Origin: Sphingomonas sp.
GTDB lineage: Bacteria; Pseudomonadota; Alphaproteobacteria; Sphingomonadales; Sphingomonadaceae
DNA: 64,000 nucleotides
Direction of reading: 5' to 3'
Assembly (NCBI GenBank): GCA_046155125.1
Contig: JBJXEC010000004.1
Coordinates: 457 to 64,456, forward strand
Position numbers and translations under genes: made by a program. Of this stretch, positions 1 to 10,515 are shown piece by piece (positions within the stretch are counted from its first letter, which is position 1; every line of letters begins with the position of its first letter). A model generated the notes under the pieces. The model saw only the letters and a list, made by a program, of their open reading frames with translations. It searched no databases and had not been told where the DNA came from.

Positions 1-176
1 GGCGCACCATAGACCTGCACCAGCTTCGAGCCGAGCACGAGCAGCAACGCCACGATGATCCGCGCCTTGAGCGCCGGCTCGCCCGCCGGCCACAGATAGG
101 GCAGGAACCGGCGCAGCATTGGCCATAAAGGGGGCTCGGTTCGTGTGATGTCGTCGCGCGCAGTGTCTGGTGGCAT
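1..176 (-). CDS. ABC transporter ATP-binding/permease, Atm1/ABCB7-like exporter (N-terminal end only; gene runs off the window)
   Basis: The reverse-strand frame is open to the window edge. It reads MPPDTARDDITRTEPPLWPMLRRFLPYLWPAGEPALKARIIVALLLVLGSKLVQVYGA. The RFLPYLWP segment followed by a first TM helix resembles bacterial Atm1-type half transporters. Start is ATG at 176 (alternatives 185 or 119). It is absent from the ORF track because it has no stop inside the window. Confidence 0.55.
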   Translation of the reverse strand, partial: MPPDTARDDITRTEPPLWPMLRRFLPYLWPAGEPALKARIIVALLLVLGSKLVQVYGA

Positions 177-367
177 GTGGGCCATGTAGGATGCCTGGCG
201 CCCAAGCGAAAGCGCTGCCGGTGGCACCCGGCCCCGGTTCGGCCATTTATCGTACAGGACAGGAGCCTTGCGATTGAACCACCAGGTCACTTGATTGCTG
301 TTTCGGGATGCAGCAGCGATGACGTTCAGCGTACGCAGGTGCCCAGTCGCGGCCGCCTGGTTTAGCC

Positions 368-595
368 CTAACCCTGTTGTCGTCTGGCTGCAGGCTGATC
401 GCCCGCCGCCGACCCTGCCATCAGCGGCAGCGACCAGCGAATTTGATCCCGAAGCAAGCCTTCCAGGTCCGTCGCACCAACATTATGCGCGGCTGCGCGT
501 TTGCGCAGCAGCCCAAGCAGCACGAGCGCGCGGTCGGCGCGGGCGTGGCGAGCGCGCCCCTGGGCTAGCGCGCGGGACAGGCGGAGGGAGAGCAT
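368..595 (-). CDS. hypothetical small protein (75 aa), no family recognised
   Basis: This is the only minus-strand ORF between crtB and the ABC exporter. Third codon positions are mostly G/C over the first two thirds (hand-read). Start is ATG at 595 (the ORF track uses TTG at 610). No motif was recognised. Confidence 0.25.
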   Translation of the reverse strand: MLSLRLSRALAQGRARHARADRALVLLGLLRKRAAAHNVGATDLEGLLRDQIRWSLPLMAGSAAGDQPAARRQQG

Positions 596-693
596 AGTCA
601 CGTTGGGCAAACTTTGCGTGAATATTGATCGGGCTTTATCGCCTAGCCGCGCTCATGTTGCTGAGACACCCACCAAGCGCGGTTAATGCGGCA

Positions 694-1653
694 CTATCTG
701 TGATGCGGCCGCCGCCACAAGCTTGGCGAGCGCTCGTGCGGTGGGAACAGCAAGTGGCGATTGGCCGCCTGTTGGCGCGCGACGACCATAAGCCGCAGCT
801 TCTGCCAGGTCGACGTAGTGACCCGCGCGTCGAGTGCTACTGCGCCGCGCCGCGCCACCTCCCTGCCAATCTCGCCATAAATAGCAGCCGCTGCAAGCAC
901 CGCCCATGCCGAGCGAAACGCAAGCGCGGGCGTTCCAAGGCGCGCGCTTGCCTCATAGGCGGCAGCGCGCTCGGCAAGCCGGGCGGTCAGCCGGGCGACA
1001 GCCACGCGGTGCTCAGGGGCGAGGAGCGTGGCTTCGGCAATGCCTTCCTCAGCCAGCCACTCGGCCGGCAGGTAACAGCGCCCGGCGCCCGCATCTTCGG
1101 CAACGTCGCGGGCGATATTGGCCAGCTGGAACGCAAGTCCCAGGTCACAGGCCCGGTCAAGCGTTGCTTCGTCCGCTGGCGCTACGCCCATCACCACCGC
1201 CATCATGCAGCCGACGACGCCGGCCACATGATAGCAATAGCGCAACAGGTCGGCCTCGGTTTGCGGGCGCCACCCGGCGGCATCGAGCGCGAACCCGGCG
1301 ATATGGTCGCGCACGAACTGATGCGGGAGGCCGGTTTCGGCAGCGACGATCCGCAACGCGTCAAATGGCGCCTTGTCGACGGTGTCGCCGCGCAGCGCCG
1401 CCTGCGTGTTTGCGGTGAGATCGGCCAGCCGCGCCTGCGGGTCGGCAACCGCTGTCATCCGCGCGCCAAGCTCCTGCCCGTCGGCAATGTCATCGCATGC
1501 ACGGCACCAGGCATATAGCAGCCACGCGCGTTCGCGGGTTTGGCGATCGAACAGGCGGCTGGCAGCCGCAAAGCTTTTTGACCCTTTTGCGATCGACGAC
1601 TGCGCAGCGGCAACAATTGCCGCGCGCTCGGCAGCCATATCAGGGGCGGTCAC
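694..1653 (-). CDS. crtB: phytoene synthase
   Basis: 319-aa ORF with the two Asp-rich isoprenoid synthase motifs (YAWCRACDDIADG and ANIARDVAEDAG). It is the last gene of the crt operon. GTG 1653 overlaps the LOG stop (GTGA); an alternative ATG lies at 1638. Confidence 0.9.
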   Translation of the reverse strand: MTAPDMAAERAAIVAAAQSSIAKGSKSFAAASRLFDRQTRERAWLLYAWCRACDDIADGQELGARMTAVADPQARLADLTANTQAALRGDTVDKAPFDALRIVAAETGLPHQFVRDHIAGFALDAAGWRPQTEADLLRYCYHVAGVVGCMMAVVMGVAPADEATLDRACDLGLAFQLANIARDVAEDAGAGRCYLPAEWLAEEGIAEATLLAPEHRVAVARLTARLAERAAAYEASARLGTPALAFRSAWAVLAAAAIYGEIGREVARRGAVALDARVTTSTWQKLRLMVVARQQAANRHLLFPPHERSPSLWRRPHHR

Positions 1654-2231
1654 AGGTCGGCGCTGCTCATTTTCGTGATCGACTGCGCCGGGACGTGCGC
1701 GGCCATCTTTGCCAGCAGTCCGTCAAGCGTGCCATCGGTAATCAACAACCCCTGGTGCTGCGGCCGGATGAAGCCGACTGCCCCCATCTTGGCGGCAAAG
1801 CCGATTAGCTCGTCATAAAAACCAGCGACGTTCAACAAGCCCACTGGCTTTGCATGATAGCCGATTTGCGCCCAGCTAAGCGCTTCCCACAATTCGTCCA
1901 TGGTGCCGGTGCCGCCGGGCAGCGTGACAAACCCGTCGGACAGGTCGGTGAACGCCTGTTTGCGCTCGTGCATCGTGCGGCAAATGTGCAGCTCGCTCAG
2001 CCCCTTATGGGCAACTTCAGCATCGACGAGCGCCTGCGGGATGATGCCGACAACCTTGCCGCCCGCCGCGAGCGCTGCATCAGCGACCGCGCCCATCAGC
2101 CCCAGCCTGCCACCGCCATAGACGACGCCAATGCCGCGGGCAGCGAGGTCGCGGCCTACGGTGCGCGCCGCCTCGATATAGACCGGGTCGGCGGGCGTCG
2201 CCGAACCGCAATAGATGGCAAGGCGCTTCAC
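1650..2231 (-). CDS. LOG family protein (TIGR00730-type nucleotide 5'-monophosphate nucleosidase / cytokinin riboside 5'-monophosphate phosphoribohydrolase-like)
   Basis: 193 aa with the LOG hallmark PGGxGTxxE present as PGGTGTMDE, plus GVVYGGGRLGLMG. The GTG start overlaps the crtI stop and its own stop overlaps the crtB start. Confidence 0.85.
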   Translation of the reverse strand: MKRLAIYCGSATPADPVYIEAARTVGRDLAARGIGVVYGGGRLGLMGAVADAALAAGGKVVGIIPQALVDAEVAHKGLSELHICRTMHERKQAFTDLSDGFVTLPGGTGTMDELWEALSWAQIGYHAKPVGLLNVAGFYDELIGFAAKMGAVGFIRPQHQGLLITDGTLDGLLAKMAAHVPAQSITKMSSADL

Positions 2232-3706
2232 CGCCGCGCGTCCAGCATCAGCCCGGCGGTTGCCTTTGCGCTGCCGACGACGCCGGGGATGCCAGCTCCC
2301 GGATGCGTCCCCGCGCCCACGAAATAGAGATTGGCGATATGGTCATCACGGTTGTGGACGCGGAAATACGCGCTTTGCAAAAGCGTTGGCGCCAGGCTGA
2401 AGGCGCTGCCGAGATGGGCGTTCAGGTCCTGCGCGAAATCGCTTGGTGCATAATGGAATTTGGTAACGATCCGCGCGTGGATATCCGGGATGAGCCGCTT
2501 GCCAATCTCGTCGAGGATGCGCTTTTCCAGAATTGGACCGATGTCGTTCCAGTCAACCGGAAACTTGGCCTGATGCGGCACCGGGGCCAGCGCATAAAAG
2601 GTTGAGTGCCCCTCAGGCGCCATCGACGGGTCGGTGACGGTTGGGTGGTGCAGATAAAGCGAGAAATCTTCGGGCAGCACGCCGTGATCGTAAATGTCGG
2701 CAAGCAGGCCCTGATAGCGCGGGCCGAACAAAATCATGTGGTGCGGAATGCCGGGCCAGGTGCCTTTCAGCCCGAAATGCACGACGAACAGCGAAGGGCT
2801 GTATGTCTTGCGCTCAAGCCGCGCCCGGGTACGCTGCGCGCTGCGCGACGTCTGGAGCAAATCGCGGTAGCTGTGCATGATGTCGGCATTGCTGGCGACG
2901 GCATCGGCCTTGATCTTGAGCCCGCTTTTGGTGGTGACGCCAGTCGCGAGATCGCCCAGCGTGTCGATGCTGGCCACCGCATCACCCAGGATGACCGTGC
3001 CGCCCAGCCGCTCGAAATGCGCGACCATGCCCGCGATGAGCTTGTTGGTGCCGCCGCGGGCAAACCACACGCCGCCGTCTTTTTCCAGCTTGTGGATAAG
3101 CGTGTAGATGGCGCTGGTTGTCATCGGGTTGCCGCCGACGAGCAGAGTATGGAAGGACAAAGCCTCGCGCAATTTGGGGTGCTTTACAAAGCTGGAGACG
3201 ATTGAATAGACGCTGCGCCACGCCTGATATTTCATAAGGCTGGGCGCGGCCTTGATCATGGAGGCAAAGTCGAGAAAGGCGACATGCCCGAGCTTTTCAT
3301 AGCCTTCCTTGAAGACGCCCGTCGAATAGTCGAGGAACCGGCGATAGCCATCGACATCGGCTGGATCGAGCTTGGCGATTTCGGCCAGCAACGCTGGATC
3401 ATCATTGGAATAGTCGAAATTGGTGCCGTCGGGCCAGTTCAGCCGGTAGAACGGCATCACCGGATCAAGCGTCACGTCCTCGTCCATGCTGTGGCCGGAA
3501 AGCGCCCAGAGCTCGCGCAGGCACGGCGGGTCGGTGATGACCGTCGGCCCGGCATCGAACACAAACCCGTCTTTCTCCCATACATAGGCCCGCCCGCCCG
3601 GCTTGTCGCGCGCCTCGACGATGGTGGTGCCGATGCCCGCCGATTGCAGCCTTATCGCAAGCGCCAGGCCGCCAAAGCCTGAACCGATGACGATCGCGTT
3701 GTTCAT
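2228..3706 (-). CDS. crtI: phytoene desaturase
   Basis: Track ORF 2228..3931 was trimmed to ATG 3706 (MNNAIVIGSGFGGLALAIRL, a GxGxxG FAD fold). The longer N-terminus would lie inside crtY. ATGA overlap with the crtY stop. The 492-aa length is typical of bacterial CrtI. Confidence 0.92.
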   Translation of the reverse strand: MNNAIVIGSGFGGLALAIRLQSAGIGTTIVEARDKPGGRAYVWEKDGFVFDAGPTVITDPPCLRELWALSGHSMDEDVTLDPVMPFYRLNWPDGTNFDYSNDDPALLAEIAKLDPADVDGYRRFLDYSTGVFKEGYEKLGHVAFLDFASMIKAAPSLMKYQAWRSVYSIVSSFVKHPKLREALSFHTLLVGGNPMTTSAIYTLIHKLEKDGGVWFARGGTNKLIAGMVAHFERLGGTVILGDAVASIDTLGDLATGVTTKSGLKIKADAVASNADIMHSYRDLLQTSRSAQRTRARLERKTYSPSLFVVHFGLKGTWPGIPHHMILFGPRYQGLLADIYDHGVLPEDFSLYLHHPTVTDPSMAPEGHSTFYALAPVPHQAKFPVDWNDIGPILEKRILDEIGKRLIPDIHARIVTKFHYAPSDFAQDLNAHLGSAFSLAPTLLQSAYFRVHNRDDHIANLYFVGAGTHPGAGIPGVVGSAKATAGLMLDARR

Positions 3707-4893
3707 CGCCGCCGCCCGATAATGGCATTTACCGCTGCGCTGATCTTGACGGGCGGTTTGCCGCTGAGGATGCGGGCCTTGTCGATCATGCTTGTCTGTC
3801 CTGCGTAAAAACGCCCGATGAGCGCCGGGTTCAGCCGGTAGAAATGCTCCAGGATGCGGTAGCGGTCTTCGGGCTCGCCGGCCCGGTACAACATTTTGTC
3901 GAGCAAGCGATAGAAGCCGCGGGCGCGCCATGTCGAGCGGGAAAAGCCGTGCAGCAAATCGTGGAGTGCTGCACCCGACAGGTCGGTCGCGCGCGACAGC
4001 AAGGCTGCGGTGCGCACCGCGTCAGGCAGGGAATAGCCCGTCGTCGGGTGGAACAGCCCGGCGCGCATGCCAGCCTTGGCGACCTTGTTGCCGCCGCTTT
4101 TCCAATATTCCTCGAAATCCCCGCCAAGCGCCACTGGCAGCGCACCGCTCTCTTCCCGCAGCATGGCGGTGGTTTGCCAGCCATGCGCCTCGGCGTAGCT
4201 ATCGATCCGCGCGACGATCGGGTCGATATTCTGCCCAGAGCCCGCCGTGGGCCGGCCAAGATCGGGCGTGTCGCTGTAATAGGTATCCTCGATGAACAGC
4301 CGCGTGGGGGAAAAGGGCAACACATAGACGAAGCGATAGCCATCTGCTTGTTCAACGGTTGCGTCCATCACGACCGGGCGCGCGAGATCATGTGGGGCGG
4401 CCAGTTCGAACTCGCGGCCGACAAATTTTTGCCACCCAAGGTCGAGCTTGGACAGATCACCTGATCCGCGCGCGTCGATCACGCCCTTGGCCTCGACCCG
4501 GTCGCCGTCGGCCAGCACCACGGCGGTTGCGCTCGCGCCCATCACCTTGCGCCCAAACATCAAGGCGCCTTGGGGCATGGCTGCCCGGACGACCTTGTCC
4601 AGCCGTTCGGATTCGATTGAATAATAGGGAGAATTCAGCGTGCGTTCGCGTGCCGGAAACTTGATGTCATAGGCGTCCCAGCCATGGGTTATCAGCGGCT
4701 CGACGATCCACCGGTCGGCTCGCGCGATGTCGCGGCTGAAGAATGACCACAGATGGTTGCCGCCAACGCTATGGCTCCCCTCAAGCACGCGAATGTCGAG
4801 GTCCGGGCGCTTGCGCCGCAGCGCCAAGGCAATAAGGCCGCCGGCAAGGCCCGCGCCAACAATCGCCAGATCGCACTTTGTTGTCGACGCCAT
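3703..4893 (-). CDS. crtY: lycopene beta-cyclase
   Basis: Track ORF was trimmed to ATG 4893 (MASTTKCDLAIVGAGLAGGLIALAL dinucleotide fold). It is 396 aa and sits first in the crtY-crtI-LOG-crtB operon. Confidence 0.88.
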   Translation of the reverse strand: MASTTKCDLAIVGAGLAGGLIALALRRKRPDLDIRVLEGSHSVGGNHLWSFFSRDIARADRWIVEPLITHGWDAYDIKFPARERTLNSPYYSIESERLDKVVRAAMPQGALMFGRKVMGASATAVVLADGDRVEAKGVIDARGSGDLSKLDLGWQKFVGREFELAAPHDLARPVVMDATVEQADGYRFVYVLPFSPTRLFIEDTYYSDTPDLGRPTAGSGQNIDPIVARIDSYAEAHGWQTTAMLREESGALPVALGGDFEEYWKSGGNKVAKAGMRAGLFHPTTGYSLPDAVRTAALLSRATDLSGAALHDLLHGFSRSTWRARGFYRLLDKMLYRAGEPEDRYRILEHFYRLNPALIGRFYAGQTSMIDKARILSGKPPVKISAAVNAIIGRRR

Positions 4894-5014
4894 GATGCCG
4901 ATTAGCCGATTTGCAGGGACGAATGAAGGGCTGGTTGCACAACAAATTGTTCCGGCCGGTCGGCTTGGTCCGTCAAGGCGGTTCCCCAGACACCTGCGAT
5001 GCGCTAGGCAGCGG

Positions 5015-5851
5015 ATGATGGTGGTGATCGCGTTATTCTGGTCGGCCTGTTGGTCAGCACTGGCGATGTCAGGCATTGTTGGCGTGCGCTATCTGGCGGT
5101 CAGCGGCATGTTTGCGTGGATGACGCGGCGTCTGCACCCGGGGCTCTACACAGGGCTTGACCGGCAAATCGCCCGCGAAATCCGCTGGAGCCTGATGAGC
5201 GCTGCGATTTACGGCGCCCCGGCAGGCGTCATCGCCTGGGGTTGGCAGAACCGGGGCTGGACCTTGATTTACAGCGATGTGGCGGATTATCCGGTCTGGT
5301 ATCTGCCGCTTTCGGTGCTGCTCTATTTGCTGGCGCACGACACCTGGTTCTACTGGACGCATCGCTGGATGCACCAGCCGATGCCATTTCGCGTGGCGCA
5401 TGCCGTTCACCACGCCAGCCGGCCGCCGACGGCCTGGGCAGCGATGGCGTTTCACCCGATCGAGGCGCTCACCGGGGCTGTGATAATTCCGCTACTGGTG
5501 TTCGCTATTCCGATCCATGCCGCTGCACTGTCCTTGGTGTTGGTGGTCATGACGGTTATGGGGGTGACTAATCACATGGGCTGGGAGATTTTCCCTAGGT
5601 TCATGTGGCGCGGACCATTAGGCAGGTGGCTGATTACCGCGAGCCATCATCAGCGGCATCATTCGGACTACAGGTGTAACTATGGGTTGTATTTCCGGTT
5701 CTGGGACCATCTTTGTGGCACTGACCACGGAATCGGCGGCTTTAACGCAGATCATGGCCGCCGGGTCAATACAGCGGTTCGCGCGCCGGCTGGGGGCCGC
5801 GTTCATCGTCGTGGGGATGCTGCCGGGCGCCGCGCCGACCAGCAGACTTGA
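5015..5851 (+). CDS. crtG: fatty-acid hydroxylase / sterol desaturase superfamily membrane protein, probable carotenoid 2,2'-beta-ionone ring hydroxylase
   Basis: It carries histidine boxes HDTWFYWTHRWMH, HAVHH and HHQRHH and several TM helices, and is divergent from crtY. CrtG enzymes belong to this superfamily. Start was set at ATG 5015 because the upstream part of the track ORF overlaps crtY (alternative 5066). Confidence 0.6.
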   Translation: MMVVIALFWSACWSALAMSGIVGVRYLAVSGMFAWMTRRLHPGLYTGLDRQIAREIRWSLMSAAIYGAPAGVIAWGWQNRGWTLIYSDVADYPVWYLPLSVLLYLLAHDTWFYWTHRWMHQPMPFRVAHAVHHASRPPTAWAAMAFHPIEALTGAVIIPLLVFAIPIHAAALSLVLVVMTVMGVTNHMGWEIFPRFMWRGPLGRWLITASHHQRHHSDYRCNYGLYFRFWDHLCGTDHGIGGFNADHGRRVNTAVRAPAGGRVHRRGDAAGRRADQQT

Positions 5852-6206
5852 GGTCAAGATCGATAATGTCCGTTCGGCCAAGGGCGTGCTCCGCTTGTGC
5901 CTGACCGCTGACCCGCAGAATTTTCCGGGCTGCGTCGATGATGCCCAGGCAGTGACGCGGAATGTGCCGGCCGGCCAGCATGAGGTCGAGTTTGCCGGCC
6001 TGCCGCTCGGAAACTATGCTGTTGCCGTCATTCATGACGAGAACACTAATGCCAAGCTCGATACCTTCATGGGCATTCCGCGTGAAGGCTTTGGTTTTTC
6101 CCGCAATCCCAAAATCGGCTTTGGGCCGCCGCGCTTCTCAGCAGCCGAATTTTCGGTTGCATGGTTGCCGGCGGCGCAATCGGTCAAGATGCGCTACCTG
6201 CTTTAA
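5754..6206 (+). CDS. DUF2141 domain-containing secreted protein
   Basis: It has a signal-like N-terminus (MAAGSIQRFARRLGAAFIVVGMLPGAA). The conserved block YAVAVIHDENTNAKLDTFMGIPREGFGFSRNP is typical of DUF2141. It overlaps the crtG-like 3' tail in another frame; the start is uncertain (5682/5754/5817). Confidence 0.65.
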   Translation: MAAGSIQRFARRLGAAFIVVGMLPGAAPTSRLEVKIDNVRSAKGVLRLCLTADPQNFPGCVDDAQAVTRNVPAGQHEVEFAGLPLGNYAVAVIHDENTNAKLDTFMGIPREGFGFSRNPKIGFGPPRFSAAEFSVAWLPAAQSVKMRYLL

Positions 6207-6262
6207 CGCGCTTTCGCTGTGGACCGATTACCGCGGTCGAGCGTTAGCTCTCCGGTACAGCA

Positions 6263-7153
6263 ATGAATGTGGAGGAGGTGCTCTTGCGGCTTCTGACAAT
6301 GACCATCTTGGCAATGGTGTGTGCCGCGACCGCCGGCGCCGGGCGTGCGCGGGCGCAGTCGCAGGCATCGTCGGAAATACCGCTGACCGACCCTGAACCG
6401 GGCGCCAGACGCGACACGGTAACGATTGGCGCCGGCATTGCCTTGTTGCCAAGCTATGAGGGGTCAAACGACTATGTGGTGATCCCCGCAGGTGCGCTGC
6501 GCGGCACGGTCTCGGGGTTCTCCTTCTCCAGCCGCGGCACTGAATTGTCGCTTGACCTGATCCGCGACACGGGATCGCTGGACTTTCAGGCGGGCCCCGT
6601 GGTTGCGGTGAACTTCAACCGTGTCGGGCGCATCGTCGACGATCGGGTTGAGGCGCTTGGCAGCCGCAAGGTGGCGCTAGAGCTCGGCGGCTATGTGGGG
6701 CTTGCCAAAACCGGCGTGGTGACAAGTGCCTATGACACGCTGGCGATCTCTGTGTCCTATCGCCGCGACGTGGCGGGCATTCATGGCAGCTACATTATCG
6801 AGCCGTCGATAAGCTATGGCACACCGCTGAGCCGCAAGAGCTTTGTCGGCATTGGTGCCTCGGCAACACTTGCAGGCGATGGCTATGCGCGCAGCTATTT
6901 CGCGGTCGACCCGGCAGGTTCGCTGCGCAGCCGGCTACCGACATTTGCAGCCCCCAGGGGTGGCTTCAAGGACTTCACCCTATCAGGTCTGGCCAGCTAT
7001 TCGCTGAGCGGTGATTTGCGGCGCGGGCCGGCGCTGTTCGCGCTCGGGTCGTACAGCCGTTTGCAGGGCGATTTTGCGCTCAGTCCTGTAACCAGCATTG
7101 CCGGCAGCAGGGCGCAGCTATTTGGCGCCATTGGTATCGGCTATACTTTTTGA
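6263..7153 (+). CDS. MipA/OmpV family outer membrane protein
   Basis: It has a signal peptide, an alternating beta-strand pattern and a C-terminal GIGYTF ending in Phe. Family call is by resemblance to MltA-interacting MipA proteins. GGAGGAGG at about 6269 suggests the true start may be TTG 6284. Confidence 0.75.
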   Translation: MNVEEVLLRLLTMTILAMVCAATAGAGRARAQSQASSEIPLTDPEPGARRDTVTIGAGIALLPSYEGSNDYVVIPAGALRGTVSGFSFSSRGTELSLDLIRDTGSLDFQAGPVVAVNFNRVGRIVDDRVEALGSRKVALELGGYVGLAKTGVVTSAYDTLAISVSYRRDVAGIHGSYIIEPSISYGTPLSRKSFVGIGASATLAGDGYARSYFAVDPAGSLRSRLPTFAAPRGGFKDFTLSGLASYSLSGDLRRGPALFALGSYSRLQGDFALSPVTSIAGSRAQLFGAIGIGYTF

Positions 7154-7217
7154 GACGCGGGCCCTAGCGTTACGCGACGCCCGCCGATCAACGCGGCGCG
7201 ATTTCTCAGGAGCGGAA

Positions 7218-7619
7218 ATGGTACGCTATCGGATTGAGACAGGCGTCTATTGGGTGGCAACGCTCATCATGTTTGCCATCATGTTGTTGGCGATAATCGG
7301 TTACCAGGCCAATTACGCTCGTTTTTCGACGTTCTTCGTGGCGTTCGGCTACCCGGTCTACATCATTTATCCGCTGGCGTATCTCAAACTGACCGCGCTG
7401 GTGGTGATAGCCACCAACTATTATGGCAATTTGAAAGACATCGCGTACGGCGCCTATTTCGTGAACATGGGCTTTGCGACCGCCGCGCATTTGGGCGCAG
7501 GCGACACTCCCGTGCACTGCTATGTCGGCTTCATCGCGATCATCGTCAGCTATGGGCTGAGCAACCGGGTCCGCGGTGAACCGAAGCGCGATGCGTTTCT
7601 GCTGCCCGCGCGGCGCTGA
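7218..7619 (+). CDS. DoxX-like family membrane protein
   Basis: Track ORF was trimmed to ATG 7218, preceded by AGGAGCGG. It is 133 aa with four hydrophobic helices and a LKDIAYGAYFVNMGFATAAH block typical of DoxX-like proteins. Confidence 0.6.
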   Translation: MVRYRIETGVYWVATLIMFAIMLLAIIGYQANYARFSTFFVAFGYPVYIIYPLAYLKLTALVVIATNYYGNLKDIAYGAYFVNMGFATAAHLGAGDTPVHCYVGFIAIIVSYGLSNRVRGEPKRDAFLLPARR

Positions 7620-7659
7620 ACGCTGGCTGGACGCCGGCGAAAACTAGGCGTATTCCAAG

Positions 7660-7752
7660 CGCCATCCCCGGGGAGCCGACAGGCTGAGAGGGGCGGTGCA
7701 AGCCCGCCCGACCCGCAGAACCTGATCCGGCTAGCACCGGCGGAGGGAGGGT
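7660..7752 (+). promoter_or_regulatory. TPP (THI-box) riboswitch upstream of thiC
   Basis: The sequence contains GGGAGCC..GCTGAGAGG..ACCCGCAGAACCTGATCCGGCTAGCACCGGCGGAGGGAGG. This matches the conserved CUGAGA and ACCUGAUCCGG..CCGGCG.AGGGA cores of the TPP aptamer, located 55 nt upstream of the thiC ATG. Confidence 0.9.
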
Positions 7753-7801
7753 CTGGCTTTCATCCCTGAAACCCAGCCTGGCTCTCCGTATTTTGGAGTG
7801 A

Positions 7802-9691
<1,890 letters not shown>

Positions 9692-9693
9692 CG

Positions 9694-10035
9694 ATGCGCG
9701 AGGGGGTCTTCAAGGCGACGATTGTCGTTGCCGCGTTCACTTTCCTCGCCATTTTCGTGCTGGTGGTCATTCCCCCGCTCATCGACCGCCCCGACGTGAC
9801 CGGCGCCTTCGCGGCCGGCTTCGTCAACCCTTATGCCAGCGGCTATTCTGCCGATACGCTCGCCTGCTGGGTAATTCTGTCAGCCTGGATTCTGTTCGAG
9901 CGCAGCCAGCACGGCATCCGCCATGGCTGGGTCTGCATTATGCTCGGCTTGGTGCCGGGCGTTGCGGTCGGCTTTGCGCTGTACCTGCTGATGCGGGCGC
10001 AGCGGGGGGTGGCGGGTTATGCACCGCTGCGCTGA
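9694..10035 (+). CDS. small integral membrane protein (DUF2834-like), function unknown
   Basis: 113 aa with three hydrophobic helices. The ATG lies 2 nt after the thiC stop, so it is probably co-transcribed under the riboswitch. Confidence 0.6.
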   Translation: MREGVFKATIVVAAFTFLAIFVLVVIPPLIDRPDVTGAFAAGFVNPYASGYSADTLACWVILSAWILFERSQHGIRHGWVCIMLGLVPGVAVGFALYLLMRAQRGVAGYAPLR

Positions 10036-10102
10036 ACGGCGTGCCCGCGCCGGGGTGCGTTGCGGCCGCGCGCCGCTCCGGCAATCAGTGAGACGTTGAG
10101 CA

Positions 10103-10498
10103 ATGGCGCATCTCGCTCACATCGCCGTAATTGTGCGCGATTATGACGAGGCGCTCGCCTTTTATGTTGGCAAGCTGGGATTTGCGCTGATCGAAGATGT
10201 CGCTGTCCCGGACCAGTCCAAGCGGTGGGTTACGATCCGACCGCCGGGCGCAGGTGAGGACGCGACCAGCCTGTTATTGGCGCGCGCCGTTGGGGCTGAA
10301 CAATCGGCGGCGATTGGCAACCAGTCAGGCGGCCGCGTCTTTTTATTGCTGCAAACCGAGGATTTTGCCCGAGACTATGCCGCATTCACGCGGTTGGGCG
10401 TGCACTTTCTGGAGGCGCCCAGGCACGAACCTTACGGCACCGTCGCGGTGTTCGAGGATCTTTACGGCAACCGCTGGGACCTGATCGAGCGCGCCTGA
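10103..10498 (+). CDS. VOC family protein (glyoxalase/bleomycin resistance/dioxygenase fold)
   Basis: 131 aa. The N-terminal HIAVIVRDYDEALAFYVGKLGF and C-terminal FEDLYGNRWDL patterns are typical of VOC proteins. Confidence 0.8.
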   Translation: MAHLAHIAVIVRDYDEALAFYVGKLGFALIEDVAVPDQSKRWVTIRPPGAGEDATSLLLARAVGAEQSAAIGNQSGGRVFLLLQTEDFARDYAAFTRLGVHFLEAPRHEPYGTVAVFEDLYGNRWDLIERA

Positions 10499-10515
10499 CG
10501 CTCGCTTGCTTCCCT

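Noticed and set aside
177-365. 62-aa plus-strand ORF near the window start.
   Set aside because: It lies in the leader/upstream region of the minus-strand Atm1-like gene. It has only moderate third-position GC and no motif. The opposite strand holds the real exporter frame.
2228-5076. Long N-terminal extensions given by the ORF track for crtI (to 3931) and crtY (to 5076). Similar extensions exist for the monooxygenase (to 15092), the SorA-like gene (to 13348), SorB-like (to 12104), EamA, the TonB receptor at 16766, flgE and others.
   Set aside because: The extensions run into the upstream gene, are Arg/Pro-rich, and precede obvious native N-termini (dinucleotide folds, signal or Tat peptides). 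Internal ATGs that create 4-nt overlaps or follow Shine-Dalgarno sequences fit better.
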